Shown: positions 28,625 to 37,441 of the stretch, piece by piece
How the letters are laid out: every line of letters starts with the position of its first letter
Position numbering within the stretch: position 1 is the stretch's first letter
Assembly (NCBI GenBank): GCA_048881705.1
Contig: JBHLSH010000002.1
Coordinates: forward strand, 1 to 64,000
Reading direction: 5' to 3'
Origin: Candidatus Heimdallarchaeota archaeon
GTDB lineage: Archaea > Asgardarchaeota > Heimdallarchaeia > Hodarchaeales > Hodarchaeaceae
DNA length: 64,000 bases
Translations under genes and position numbers: made by a program
The notes under the pieces: generated by a model
Seen by the model: only the letters and a program-made list of their open reading frames with translations
Told to the model about the DNA's origin: nothing
The model's database searches: none

Positions 28625-29374
28625 CTATTTTTCCTCAGATACCACAGATCTGATCTTCTTTAATTCAGACAACATCTGTTTTCGAAGAATCGCAATACCT
28701 GTCGCTCTGTCTTCCTCCCCAGCTGATCGCTTGGAGCTTTTAAGAGGACTAACTGGGGACGGAGGGGTCGGTTTGGTGACACCAGGAAACGAAATTTTTG
28801 GTATTGAAGGACTTAAATGTTGTTTTTCTGGCATGGGAGGTTTTGAAAGGCTTGATGGTGGTGATGAAGGAGTAGGCGATGGAGTGGTTGGTTTGGAGAT
28901 AGGGGGAGTCTCTGGAAACGAAAAGCTAATTTCGGGTCGAGACGTAGCTGGGGTGGAAGTAGTCGAGGGGGAAATTTTGGTTTCAGGTGCTGCAGCTCTT
29001 GGAATAGAAGGACTAGGAGTCGGTTCTGGAACTGGAGCGGGTTGTAAAGGTTCAGATGGTGGTACCTCCCGTTCACGAGGCGTTTCTTTTGACTTCCCTC
29101 CAAAAAGCCTAGTCACTGAATCGAATGTTGGGATATCTAAGTCTCTAATCTGCTCAAATTGAAACTCCCGGGAAACTTTTTCAAGTGTCGTAGAAGTGAT
29201 ATGGCCTTCAAGAAGGCTCTCCTTTAACATATGTTCAAATCGGAGCGCGTTAACTTGAAATGCATATACCACGTGGGCATACTCTTCAAGAGGGAGGTCT
29301 CGAAGTTTGAGGGAGGTATCAAATCGAAAATCTCGTTGCGTCTTGTCTGTCTTTCTCCTAAACAGCTTTACCAA
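28625..29374 (-). CDS. Pro/Ser/Thr-rich, largely disordered protein with N-terminal helical part and C-terminal amphipathic helix
   Basis: About 120-aa PxxP-rich linker; ends DRATGIAILRKQMLSELKKIRSVVSEEK. Confidence 0.75.
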   Translation of the reverse strand: MVKLFRRKTDKTQRDFRFDTSLKLRDLPLEEYAHVVYAFQVNALRFEHMLKESLLEGHITSTTLEKVSREFQFEQIRDLDIPTFDSVTRLFGGKSKETPREREVPPSEPLQPAPVPEPTPSPSIPRAAAPETKISPSTTSTPATSRPEISFSFPETPPISKPTTPSPTPSSPPSSLSKPPMPEKQHLSPSIPKISFPGVTKPTPPSPVSPLKSSKRSAGEEDRATGIAILRKQMLSELKKIRSVVSEEK

Positions 29375-29445
29375 GGTTGGTCAATCCTCGAGCCTATAAT
29401 ATACCGACGAAAGGGTATAGTTCAATTTCTCGACGTTAAATCTTA

Positions 29446-29462
29446 GGATGGATATTCCATCC
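29446..29462. promoter_or_regulatory. Palindromic operator-like site
   Basis: GGATGGA-TAT-TCCATCC, between an AT-rich TATA-like tract (~29483-29500) and the start of the Pro-rich gene. Confidence 0.4.
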
Positions 29463-29966
29463 AATTATCATCAAGAGAGTTTAATAATTATATACTTTTA
29501 TTATTATACATTCGAATTGTGCTGCTACTCCTCTTCCAGTATTAAGGTTGAATAGGTGCATTATTCTTCTAGCTAAGATTAAAGCGTGTTTATCTAATGA
29601 TTGATTTTGTTTGTGACCTTTTCGCGCTATCTCCCATACCTAAAGACAATGAATTAGGACACACTTGAACATCCTTATCCTCCCGGAAATCCAATCTACA
29701 AAGATATCAAAATTCCATCTATGACAATTAATCATCTAGTACGACCGCTTCTACTGTTTAAAGATCCTATACATTCTCCATTCACGATGAACTACTGAAA
29801 GGAGCAATAAATAAACGTTCTAGAGTTTTACATTATTCTCTGCTGCACATCTTGAAAAGGAAGTTGAAGGCGTAAATAATCAACACCAAAAGTTAAAAAG
29901 AGAAACTAGGGCCAACCATTTCACAGGATAACACCTTGAATTATCGTAAATACTGAGGTATTACAT

Positions 29967-31031
29967 GTGTCCACAGCTAGAATAGTATTGGTCGGGATTG
30001 GTAACGCCGCTTCATCGCTTACCCAATCTTTGGTTTATTATAAAGATCGTCCCAGTGGGACAAAATATGAAACCATTGGAGATCTTCGGATAGGTGATAT
30101 TGAAATCGTATCCGCTTTTGACGTCGTTAAAGGAAAGGTCGGGAAAGACCTGGGGGAAGCGATCTTTGCAGAACCAAATGTCGCTCCGAAATTTATTGAT
30201 TTCGAACGCCCGACTGGGGTTGAAATAAAAAAGGGCCCTACGCTAGATGGGATATCACCATTACTCGCAGAAACCATCGAATTAAGCTCTGCATCAGATG
30301 TGGATATTGTTAAGGAATTAAAAAACGCTGAGGCTGATATAATGGTTTCTCTATTACCCACAGGCGCTCAACAGGCTACGTACGTTTATGCGGAAGCTGC
30401 CATAGCTGCCGGCCTGGCTTTCATCGAAGCTGCTCCAACACGTATATGTTCCGATGACAAATGGGTTAGGAGATTTAAGCAGGCTAATTTGCCCGTTGTC
30501 GGAGACGATCTTCAGTCTCAGATCGGAGGAACCCGTATTCATAAAGGAATTCTAGAGATGCTAGACTCATTTGGCGCAAAGATAAAGAACACTTACCAGC
30601 TTGATGTCTCAGGAGGGAGTGAAGGAATGAATACCTTGTATACTGAAAGACGGGAAGCGAAACGGGAAATTAAAACGCAATCAATTAAACGAACCCTTCC
30701 TTATCTTTCAGACAACGATATTGCATCAGGTACCACTGATTATCTGGATTTCTTGGAAAATGAACGGACGGGATATTTTTGGATATATGGTAGTTATTAT
30801 CTGGACACCCCATTCAAGATTGACGTGACAGTAAAGACATTAGACGGCCCTAATGGTGCGGGAACTCTGGTGGATGTTATCCGGGCAACCAAACTCGCAT
30901 TGAGGCAAGGTATTGATGGTCCACTCATATCAGTATCAGCATACGGATTCAAGTACCCTCCTGTTCATATCGGAGAGCACGATGCGGTGGCTCGATTTGA
31001 GCAGTTTATTACAGGTGAGAGGCCAGATTGA
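29967..31031 (+). CDS. ino1: Myo-inositol-1-phosphate synthase
   Basis: IVLVGIGNAASSL, IEIVSAFDV, SLLPTGA, GDDLQSQIGGT, NTYQL, DGPNGAG. Confidence 0.93.
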   Translation: MSTARIVLVGIGNAASSLTQSLVYYKDRPSGTKYETIGDLRIGDIEIVSAFDVVKGKVGKDLGEAIFAEPNVAPKFIDFERPTGVEIKKGPTLDGISPLLAETIELSSASDVDIVKELKNAEADIMVSLLPTGAQQATYVYAEAAIAAGLAFIEAAPTRICSDDKWVRRFKQANLPVVGDDLQSQIGGTRIHKGILEMLDSFGAKIKNTYQLDVSGGSEGMNTLYTERREAKREIKTQSIKRTLPYLSDNDIASGTTDYLDFLENERTGYFWIYGSYYLDTPFKIDVTVKTLDGPNGAGTLVDVIRATKLALRQGIDGPLISVSAYGFKYPPVHIGEHDAVARFEQFITGERPD

Positions 31032-31077
31032 TATTAATCCACGTCAAATCGAGGAACCAAAGTTTGGGTTTGAGGTG

Positions 31078-31359
31078 TTGAAATCATTAAAAATTTTCGT
31101 ATCAGGCAGAGTCCAAGGTGTCTTCTTTAGATCTTATACCAAGAGATTTTCGGAAAGACTTAACGACGTTACAGGTTATGTGAAGAATCTGCATGATGGA
31201 AGAGTAGAGATTTATGCTGAAGGATCCGAAGCTTCTCTTCGTGCTCTTGCAGAATGGGCTAAGATCGAGGGTTCCCCAGCATCTAAGATACAAGGAACGG
31301 AAGAAATCTGGGAAGATTTACCAACACGAAAGTTTGGCGACTTTCGAATCACATTTTAA
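31078..31359 (+). CDS. acyP: Acylphosphatase
   Basis: VSGRVQGVFFR, VTGYVKNLHDGRVEI; probable start GTG/TTG at 31075/31078. Confidence 0.95.
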   Translation: MKSLKIFVSGRVQGVFFRSYTKRFSERLNDVTGYVKNLHDGRVEIYAEGSEASLRALAEWAKIEGSPASKIQGTEEIWEDLPTRKFGDFRITF

Positions 31360-31563
31360 AAGAATTATTTTTCATTCATTTTTTTCATATGCTCCAACCG
31401 AGATTTTTCGGTCAGACGAGATACAGGTTTTTATGTTGAGCCTACTTCAACAATTAATCCCCTTCGGCCAATAACCTTTGGACTTTGTTTTCCAACATAC
31501 AGATAATGAACTGGCTCTTAATCGCAATAAGTTAAAAACTTCGGTTTTTCAAACAGAATTTAG

Positions 31564-32502
31564 ATGGTTATTAGAATGGAAAGATCAGTGGAATACGAGG
31601 CACGAATCGTTTGTGATGCCGATTGCCGAGTATGTGTCGCAAAGAGAGAGAAGGATGTAAGTACTGAAGGAGGAGACATCCTCCACTTTTGTCGCTCCTG
31701 TCAAGAAAAATATCTCTGTCCCGTTATCTTACCAGCTACCGCGAGAGGGAGGGAATATCAATGTCCAAAATGTTCTGAAAAATTGACGGAAATGACCCTA
31801 GAGCGTGCTCAACAAATGGGCCTAGCCTTTGGAGTCCAGCTCACCCGTATTAAACCTGAAAGACGTCCAGTAGAAGAAATCAAACGAACATGGTTTTATT
31901 CACCTTCGGACCAAGGAGTCCTTTCTGAAAACTATGTAAAGGATTTATTGAATTACAAGAGCTTGGGGGTTTCCCAGCTCACGGATTTGATGTACCACGC
32001 AGATTTTTCGTACCGTCCTGAAGCCTACCTTGAAAAACGACGTATGCTATGGGATATATTTGCCAAAAAGCCGCAGATTATTAGATCGCTTCACAACAGC
32101 TTGATCACTCGCTCAGAGCATCGCCGTGTCGACCTAGTTATTCGGACGCTAATGCAACACGAGACGTTGGGATGTACTTATATTAGCTCCATTATACCCA
32201 AGCATCTTGCAGGAACTATAGATCTCATTGGGATAGATCAGAAAACTGGGGGACTTGTGTGGATTGTTGTTCACGAAGATCGAATAGATGAGCAATTGAT
32301 CAATACGCTCTTCAATGAAATCTTAAGCGTTCCTCCTCTCGAATTTATGGGTATTGAGCGTTTAATCTTGCTCACCAGAAAATGGATATGGATGGCGGCC
32401 GAAATTGCCCGCCGACAGGGTAAGATCTCAACTCGATGGAAACAGCTAACAATGGAACTATGGGAAGAAACTCAAAATTTTAAGCTGCAAAAGCTCGCGT
32501 AG
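31564..32502 (+). CDS. Cys-rich Zn-finger (RING-like spacing) plus C-terminal restriction-endonuclease-like alpha/beta domain
   Basis: C17,C21,C24..H41-F-C43xxC46..C52..C67PKC70; C-terminal GTIDLIGID-x-GGLVWIVVHE resembles a PD-(D/E)XK core without the ExK. Confidence 0.6.
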   Translation: MVIRMERSVEYEARIVCDADCRVCVAKREKDVSTEGGDILHFCRSCQEKYLCPVILPATARGREYQCPKCSEKLTEMTLERAQQMGLAFGVQLTRIKPERRPVEEIKRTWFYSPSDQGVLSENYVKDLLNYKSLGVSQLTDLMYHADFSYRPEAYLEKRRMLWDIFAKKPQIIRSLHNSLITRSEHRRVDLVIRTLMQHETLGCTYISSIIPKHLAGTIDLIGIDQKTGGLVWIVVHEDRIDEQLINTLFNEILSVPPLEFMGIERLILLTRKWIWMAAEIARRQGKISTRWKQLTMELWEETQNFKLQKLA

Positions 32503-32718
32503 CTAAAGCCATCAGGTATCAATGGAATAGTATCAAGGATCGATTACGAACGAAAATGCGCTTTTGTTGACACATTAAAATTTTAGGTTTAGTTGCCTAT
32601 AGGGCGCCCCAATCAGAGGTTCAAACAGCAAACGCAAAGAATTACTAAGAGAGTATATATTTATAGAAAAAGAGTGGAATACAAGAAAACCTGGGAGGCG
32701 CGTCTCGGAAATTTTTCC

Positions 32719-33285
32719 TTATGTCTGTTGTTGCTGGCGCTCCACATAATCTAGGTATGTATTCCCCAGCATATCAAATGCTGCAGATACATTTAAACCC
32801 GTTTTAGCAGAAGTAGGCATAAATTTTACTGGAAAACCTGATTCCATAGTTTTCTTTGAAAGATTTGTTGAAAATTCCTCTGCTTGGCCATCGGTAACGT
32901 GGTTAGGAAATTGTTCTCGCAAGTCTACCTTGTTCCCCAGAAGAACGATCGGAATCATACCCTTTCCGTTGTGTTGGAAAATTTCATCAAGCCATGCTTC
33001 CAAATTTGTGAATGTATCAGGGCGAGTAACATCGAACACCAGAAGGGCACCCAGGCATCCATAATAATAGACACTCCGGACTGTTCCAAATCGGGGTTGA
33101 CCCGCCAAGTCCCATATCTGAAATTTGATGGATTTATCCCTGATTGTAGCTTCTTTGAGTGCAAAATCGGCTCCTATGGTCATCATATAATTGCTGGAGA
33201 ATCCTTTCCCAAGGTAGCGCTCTCGAAGGGCGGTCTTACCGACTGCGCCATCACCAGCGAGTACTATCTTCATTAAGAATGACAT
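32719..33285 (-). CDS. Rab-like small GTPase (Asgard type, no CAAX/CC)
   Basis: G1 GDGAVGKT, TIGADF, WDLAGQPRF, YYYGC, LVFDVT, G4 NKVD, G5 TSAK; no C-terminal cysteine. Confidence 0.95.
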   Translation of the reverse strand: MSFLMKIVLAGDGAVGKTALRERYLGKGFSSNYMMTIGADFALKEATIRDKSIKFQIWDLAGQPRFGTVRSVYYYGCLGALLVFDVTRPDTFTNLEAWLDEIFQHNGKGMIPIVLLGNKVDLREQFPNHVTDGQAEEFSTNLSKKTMESGFPVKFMPTSAKTGLNVSAAFDMLGNTYLDYVERQQQQT

Positions 33286-33447
33286 GGTTATACCTCATTA
33301 GAATATAGTATGAAATGTATGAATTGGATGGTTCAGAGGGATAAACCCCCGTTCTAATTGACTGCCGGGGGGTATTGTATTGATTAATCATATTCTTTTA
33401 TGTCGATATTTAAAGCTGATTATTTGTTTGAAATAAATCTTCCGCAG

Positions 33448-34146
33448 CTAAACAGCGATTTGCTCGATGGAGTTCACAACACGGGCACCCGAAAGAGTCG
33501 GGATCGTGGCGGTGCCCATGAGGAGAAAAATGTAACGGTCTTTTGCGAACTTTTTATAACCTTTAGTAAGGTAAGAGATAGTATCAACTTCAGATTCATC
33601 CATAACAAACCAGATGGCCACGCGTTTCTTTTTGAATCCCCCTTTCTCGGCGATCAGATCAACGGGAGTAGCTTCGCTTGCGATCGCCCGAACATTCACT
33701 TGAACCTTGTACCCTGCCTTAGAAAATCTTGATCGGAGCGCAGCGGTCAATAAATTAGCTTTTACCTCCCCTGCTTTTCGTAGGTATTTTTCTCCTTCAA
33801 ATTGTTGACCCAAACGGTCAAATGCTCCTGCCATCTTCCGAAACACACGGAAGAGGAGTTCGTTAGGGTCGACAGCGGTAGGGGGAAACTCTAACGTTTC
33901 TAATTGCGTCATCGCCGCGACTAGGTGGCTCAAAGCTTCTTGATCCTGCTGCTCAAGAATCTTCGTATCTGCCAAACCTTCTTGTATCTCAGATTCCAGC
34001 AATAAGCGATCAGTCTGGCTGAGTGCATCAGGAGGCTGAGATCTAAGAGTTTCGAGAGCATTGGTAAGAATCCTATTAGCCTGCTCAGTCTGTTTCGCAA
34101 CTATGAGTTTCTTGGCTTCTTTAAGTGATAATTCAAAATCCATCAT
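33448..34146 (-). CDS. TPR-like helical repeats plus C-terminal degenerate PD-(D/E)XK-like domain
   Basis: TPR-like helix pairs (EQANRILTNAL, QEALSHLVAAM, FEGEKYLRKAG), then FSKAGYKVQVN..PVDLIAEKG..RVAIWF. Confidence 0.6.
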   Translation of the reverse strand: MMDFELSLKEAKKLIVAKQTEQANRILTNALETLRSQPPDALSQTDRLLLESEIQEGLADTKILEQQDQEALSHLVAAMTQLETLEFPPTAVDPNELLFRVFRKMAGAFDRLGQQFEGEKYLRKAGEVKANLLTAALRSRFSKAGYKVQVNVRAIASEATPVDLIAEKGGFKKKRVAIWFVMDESEVDTISYLTKGYKKFAKDRYIFLLMGTATIPTLSGARVVNSIEQIAV

Positions 34147-34353
34147 AATTCAACTCGGGTTATAGCGAAACCATATCCCGTTTTTGATAAATTTCTGCTA
34201 TTAGGGGAATTCTAGATCCTCCATTATAATCTTCTTCCGCGCATACGGAGGTACCTAAAATCGTTCCTATTGACTATCAAGTACGGTAGTGACCTAACGA
34301 TAAAGTTCCCAGTTCTTTCAGATTCCAAATCCTTTCAATAGGGAAATAGCTTG

Positions 34354-35079
34354 TCATTCCCTGTTTACAAGGCGCGAAATTCGGGTAAGATATGTCTCGA
34401 TGCTATGTTTGGGTTTTAGGGCAACTAAAAGGATTCTCTCCGCATCCATGGTGTAGAGGAGGAGTGTATTAGTTTTTCCAGTCACTGCAATACTTTGTGC
34501 AGTTCCACCCATGACTTTTGTAGGTAAACTTAAAGCTGAGGAGACTGCGGCCAATTGCGCGGGGTCAACGTCAAGCCCAGCTAAAAATTCGCTCAGTGGA
34601 GCCCCGACGGTTGTGAAGATAAGGATAGCTTCAGCTTCAGGAATAGAACGTTTTAAGCGCTCAATCAAGCTGTCTTCTATGTCAAGGGTCTTTATAATCG
34701 CATTGATATGATCGGCGGCTTCTCGAAGCTGAGTTCGGAGCTCCGCCATTGGCGGTCGTTCTTCAAAGGATGACTTAGGAACAATGATTCTTGTAATAAG
34801 AATCGTGTCTCTTGCAAGAGTTGCCACAACGATAGCATCCTCCTGAAACACAATATAATCCAGGGGATGGTCATTTAAATTTTCATTCATGAATTTCTCA
34901 GATATGGCTAATGCACTGGTGACGGCAGCGGGCAGAACATATAGTTCATCCCCAACAGTTGACCTCCTGGTTCGTTCAACGAGAGGGGAACCATCTAGTG
35001 CGGCCACAATGCATTGATAGACATGCTGGTTCTTAAACAATTTATCTAGGATTTTCTCGATTTCTGGATTATCAATCAA
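34354..35079 (-). CDS. Tandem Roadblock/LC7 (MglB-like) domain protein
   Basis: Two copies of the helix-IVAALDGSPL / AILIFTTVGAPL-helix (LPAAVTSAL / LAAVSSAL)-beta-sheet-helix pattern. Confidence 0.8.
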   Translation of the reverse strand: MIDNPEIEKILDKLFKNQHVYQCIVAALDGSPLVERTRRSTVGDELYVLPAAVTSALAISEKFMNENLNDHPLDYIVFQEDAIVVATLARDTILITRIIVPKSSFEERPPMAELRTQLREAADHINAIIKTLDIEDSLIERLKRSIPEAEAILIFTTVGAPLSEFLAGLDVDPAQLAAVSSALSLPTKVMGGTAQSIAVTGKTNTLLLYTMDAERILLVALKPKHSIETYLTRISRLVNRE

Positions 35080-35247
35080 TGCTGAATTTCACCTTTTGGC
35101 AAGATATTTTTTCGGACTCGGAAGATCTGGGCTTGTCTCGTTTAAAAACCTGACGATTTCAATGTCCTGAGACTCAATTGAAGAGTACTTTGTGAGTTCG
35201 GTAGAAACCTAGGTTAGGCCTTTCTCTCCTACTAATAATGCTCATAC

Positions 35248-35266
35248 CATATTTAGTCTAAATATG
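35248..35266. promoter_or_regulatory. Perfect 19-bp palindrome, candidate operator
   Basis: CATATTTAG-T-CTAAATATG, between the gap 3' end and the Roadblock gene start. Confidence 0.5.
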
Positions 35267-35289
35267 TCATCGGGACACCGAAATGTCGT

Positions 35290-36372
35290 TTAAGCTGAAA
35301 ACAGTTCGTTTAGAAATTCGGGTCTATAATCTCCACTTCTATGGATCCCTAAGGCTTCGTCTGTTTTCTTTATACATTGTCCAACATTAGTTTCCATTGT
35401 TAAAACGGCGCGGATGGCATCAACGGTTTCAGGAATAGGTATCGATTCCATATGAACATCGTAAATCAGGTACAGGTTTTTTTGAGAGTCTAAATTCAAT
35501 GTCTCTTCCCAAATAAAGACCTCTGGACGGTCATACCTAGGCCTTCCCAAATCACGAAAATACTCTACTAGTTGGGCCGAATCGTACAATCCTTGACGGC
35601 CTGGTTCAATGAGAATACGAGGCATCTGTTTGAATAGGTTGATTACTTCCTCACGGTTTAGTTCGGATGGCATGGTAACTTTCAGCATATGGACGTGGGA
35701 GAGGGTCCAGCTCCCTGCGATAGCCAATGAATAGATTTTGTCTTTCATCTGCGGCATAACAGTTACAAGGTCGGGACCATGATGCGAAACTCCAAGGACG
35801 GGGGTTACAGCATTGATTGGGCCACGGTTTGTTCGAGCTGGATCTCCACCTCGCCGTGCAAGGGCAACAAAGGCTTCTGAAACTCCAAACTTATGTGCTA
35901 AAGATGCGATAATTCGCGTTAAAGCGGTTGTATTACAGGAAACTACCCGAGTTTGGCCTACTCCGATGTTTTCTGCATAATTGCCAAAGGTTGAAAAGGA
36001 ACGGTTAGTTAATGAATGGCTTTCGCCCCCATGCACAATGAACTTAACTCCATGTTTCTCATAAAGAGGAATATTGTTACGGGGAACTCCAGAGGGAGTG
36101 CAATCAACCACTAAATCAACGCCTTTGACCAGATCTTCGAGAAATCCCACAATTTCAAATCCTGTTTCCCGCATTTTCGGAGCAAAGTCAGGTACACTGC
36201 AATATATTGGATAACCACGTTCAACAGCGATTCGAAGGCGAACATCAGAGATGATATCGGCTATGCCAGCCAATTCCATGTCTTTTTGAGCATAAACTGC
36301 GTCTGCAACCCTTTTTCCAATAATTCCATATCCAACAACCCCGATTTTTGCTTTACCATTCATAGGACTCAC
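35290..36372 (-). CDS. gap: Archaeal type II phosphorylating glyceraldehyde-3-phosphate dehydrogenase
   Basis: VGYGIIGKRVADAV, VVDCTP, HGGE, catalytic RVVSCNTT, SHHGPD, ESIPIPETVDAIRA. Confidence 0.95.
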   Translation of the reverse strand: MSPMNGKAKIGVVGYGIIGKRVADAVYAQKDMELAGIADIISDVRLRIAVERGYPIYCSVPDFAPKMRETGFEIVGFLEDLVKGVDLVVDCTPSGVPRNNIPLYEKHGVKFIVHGGESHSLTNRSFSTFGNYAENIGVGQTRVVSCNTTALTRIIASLAHKFGVSEAFVALARRGGDPARTNRGPINAVTPVLGVSHHGPDLVTVMPQMKDKIYSLAIAGSWTLSHVHMLKVTMPSELNREEVINLFKQMPRILIEPGRQGLYDSAQLVEYFRDLGRPRYDRPEVFIWEETLNLDSQKNLYLIYDVHMESIPIPETVDAIRAVLTMETNVGQCIKKTDEALGIHRSGDYRPEFLNELFSA

Positions 36373-36382
36373 AACATTTTCC

Positions 36383-36751
36383 TCATAGTAAATCTGAGGA
36401 TTTCCTCTCTTCGATAAGTCGCCTAAGGATTTTTTTCCCTTCCTCGGTCAGATAAAACATCCGAATAACAGTGGGATCAGCGATTTCAGTAATACTTTGC
36501 CCCAAATAGTCCAAAGTTTTCTTTACCATAGCAACATCGTGGGAAACAAATCCTATAGCTTCCAGCCAACCCAAGGAAAGCAGCGTTTTTTCAATCGTAA
36601 GCTCCGATTTTTCCTGGATTTTTTTGTAAGTGACCCCACGAATCCCGGTGGCCCCATGATGCCCTCGATAAAATTCTTCAGGATTTTCTAATGCCAATAT
36701 TACCTTCTTCTGATCGATATTCAGGTCTTTGATTGATGTCACATTTGCCAA
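36383..36751 (-). CDS. Winged-helix protein with long wing (paralog 1)
   Basis: GVTYKKIQEKSELTIEKTLLSLGWLEAIGFV...RMFYLTEEGKKIL. Confidence 0.75.
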   Translation of the reverse strand: MANVTSIKDLNIDQKKVILALENPEEFYRGHHGATGIRGVTYKKIQEKSELTIEKTLLSLGWLEAIGFVSHDVAMVKKTLDYLGQSITEIADPTVIRMFYLTEEGKKILRRLIEERKSSDLL

Positions 36752-36780
36752 CCACCGAAATAGGTTATTTTTGTGAATGC

Positions 36781-36798
36781 ATTACTGCAATCAGTAAT
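36781..36798. promoter_or_regulatory. Palindromic operator-like site upstream of wHTH paralog 1
   Basis: ATTACTG-CAAT-CAGTAAT, 30-47 nt upstream of the start at 36751. Confidence 0.45.
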
Positions 36799-36955
36799 AT
36801 GGAAAGTTTGGTTACCTCCATTTTCCTCTCTCTAATAAACTAGCATAGGGGTATAAGACACGGGTTGTGGTCTTCGATATGTGTTTGATGATGTGGGTAA
36901 ATTTGATGGGAAGGGATCTCCTTTTCCAATTCCGAAAAAATGAGGGTTAGATCGC

Positions 36956-37306
36956 TTAAGTGTCGGATCCAAGCGCCATTTCTCTTATGGTTTCCCTTCC
37001 AAAGCTAGAAAGCCTAAAAATCCTTACGATTTTTTGGCCTGCGATCTCAACGTTACTTCTGCCATGGTAATTAATAGTCTGTCTCTGGATGGCAGGTACA
37101 TGCTCGATCAAACCTTTCGCCTCCAGTCCACCGAGAGAGAGTAAAGTTTTTTCAAATGATAGCTGGGATTTTTCCATGATTTTCTTGTACGGCAATCCAA
37201 TGAAAACTCCATTCCCACGCTCTTCGGTAACCAAATATTCAGACGGATCAAGGTAATTAAGAGCAAGGACCTCCAGAATCGTGCGCATGTCATTACTTAA
37301 CTCCAT
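36956..37306 (-). CDS. Winged-helix protein with long wing (paralog 2)
   Basis: GLPYKKIMEKSQLSFEKTLLSLGGLEAKGLI...RIFRLSSFGRETI; clearly similar to 36383-36751. Confidence 0.75.
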   Translation of the reverse strand: MELSNDMRTILEVLALNYLDPSEYLVTEERGNGVFIGLPYKKIMEKSQLSFEKTLLSLGGLEAKGLIEHVPAIQRQTINYHGRSNVEIAGQKIVRIFRLSSFGRETIREMALGSDT

Positions 37307-37441
37307 CTACGACACTGATCCTCAGGTTTCACACTTGCTTAGTTTTCCTCTTGAATTTTTTTTTAAGCCTTCTTGAGTTCCTATTTCTGGTAATGATAAA
37401 GTAAATACTATTAGAACGGCAAGGATGTCGTACAAGTTACC

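Noticed and set aside
28731-29162. Gly-rich 143-aa plus-strand ORF (and 28813-29103 minus)
   Set aside because: Shadow frames of the Pro-rich gene; Pro codons read as Gly in antisense
29500-29960. Possible small gene or pseudogene in the long intergenic gap before ino1
   Set aside because: Frames inspected gave only short ORFs or stop-bounded fragments without a start
33345-33372. GC hairpin CCCCCG..CGGGGG upstream of the GTPase
   Set aside because: Only a 6-bp stem with a 14-nt loop; too weak to call
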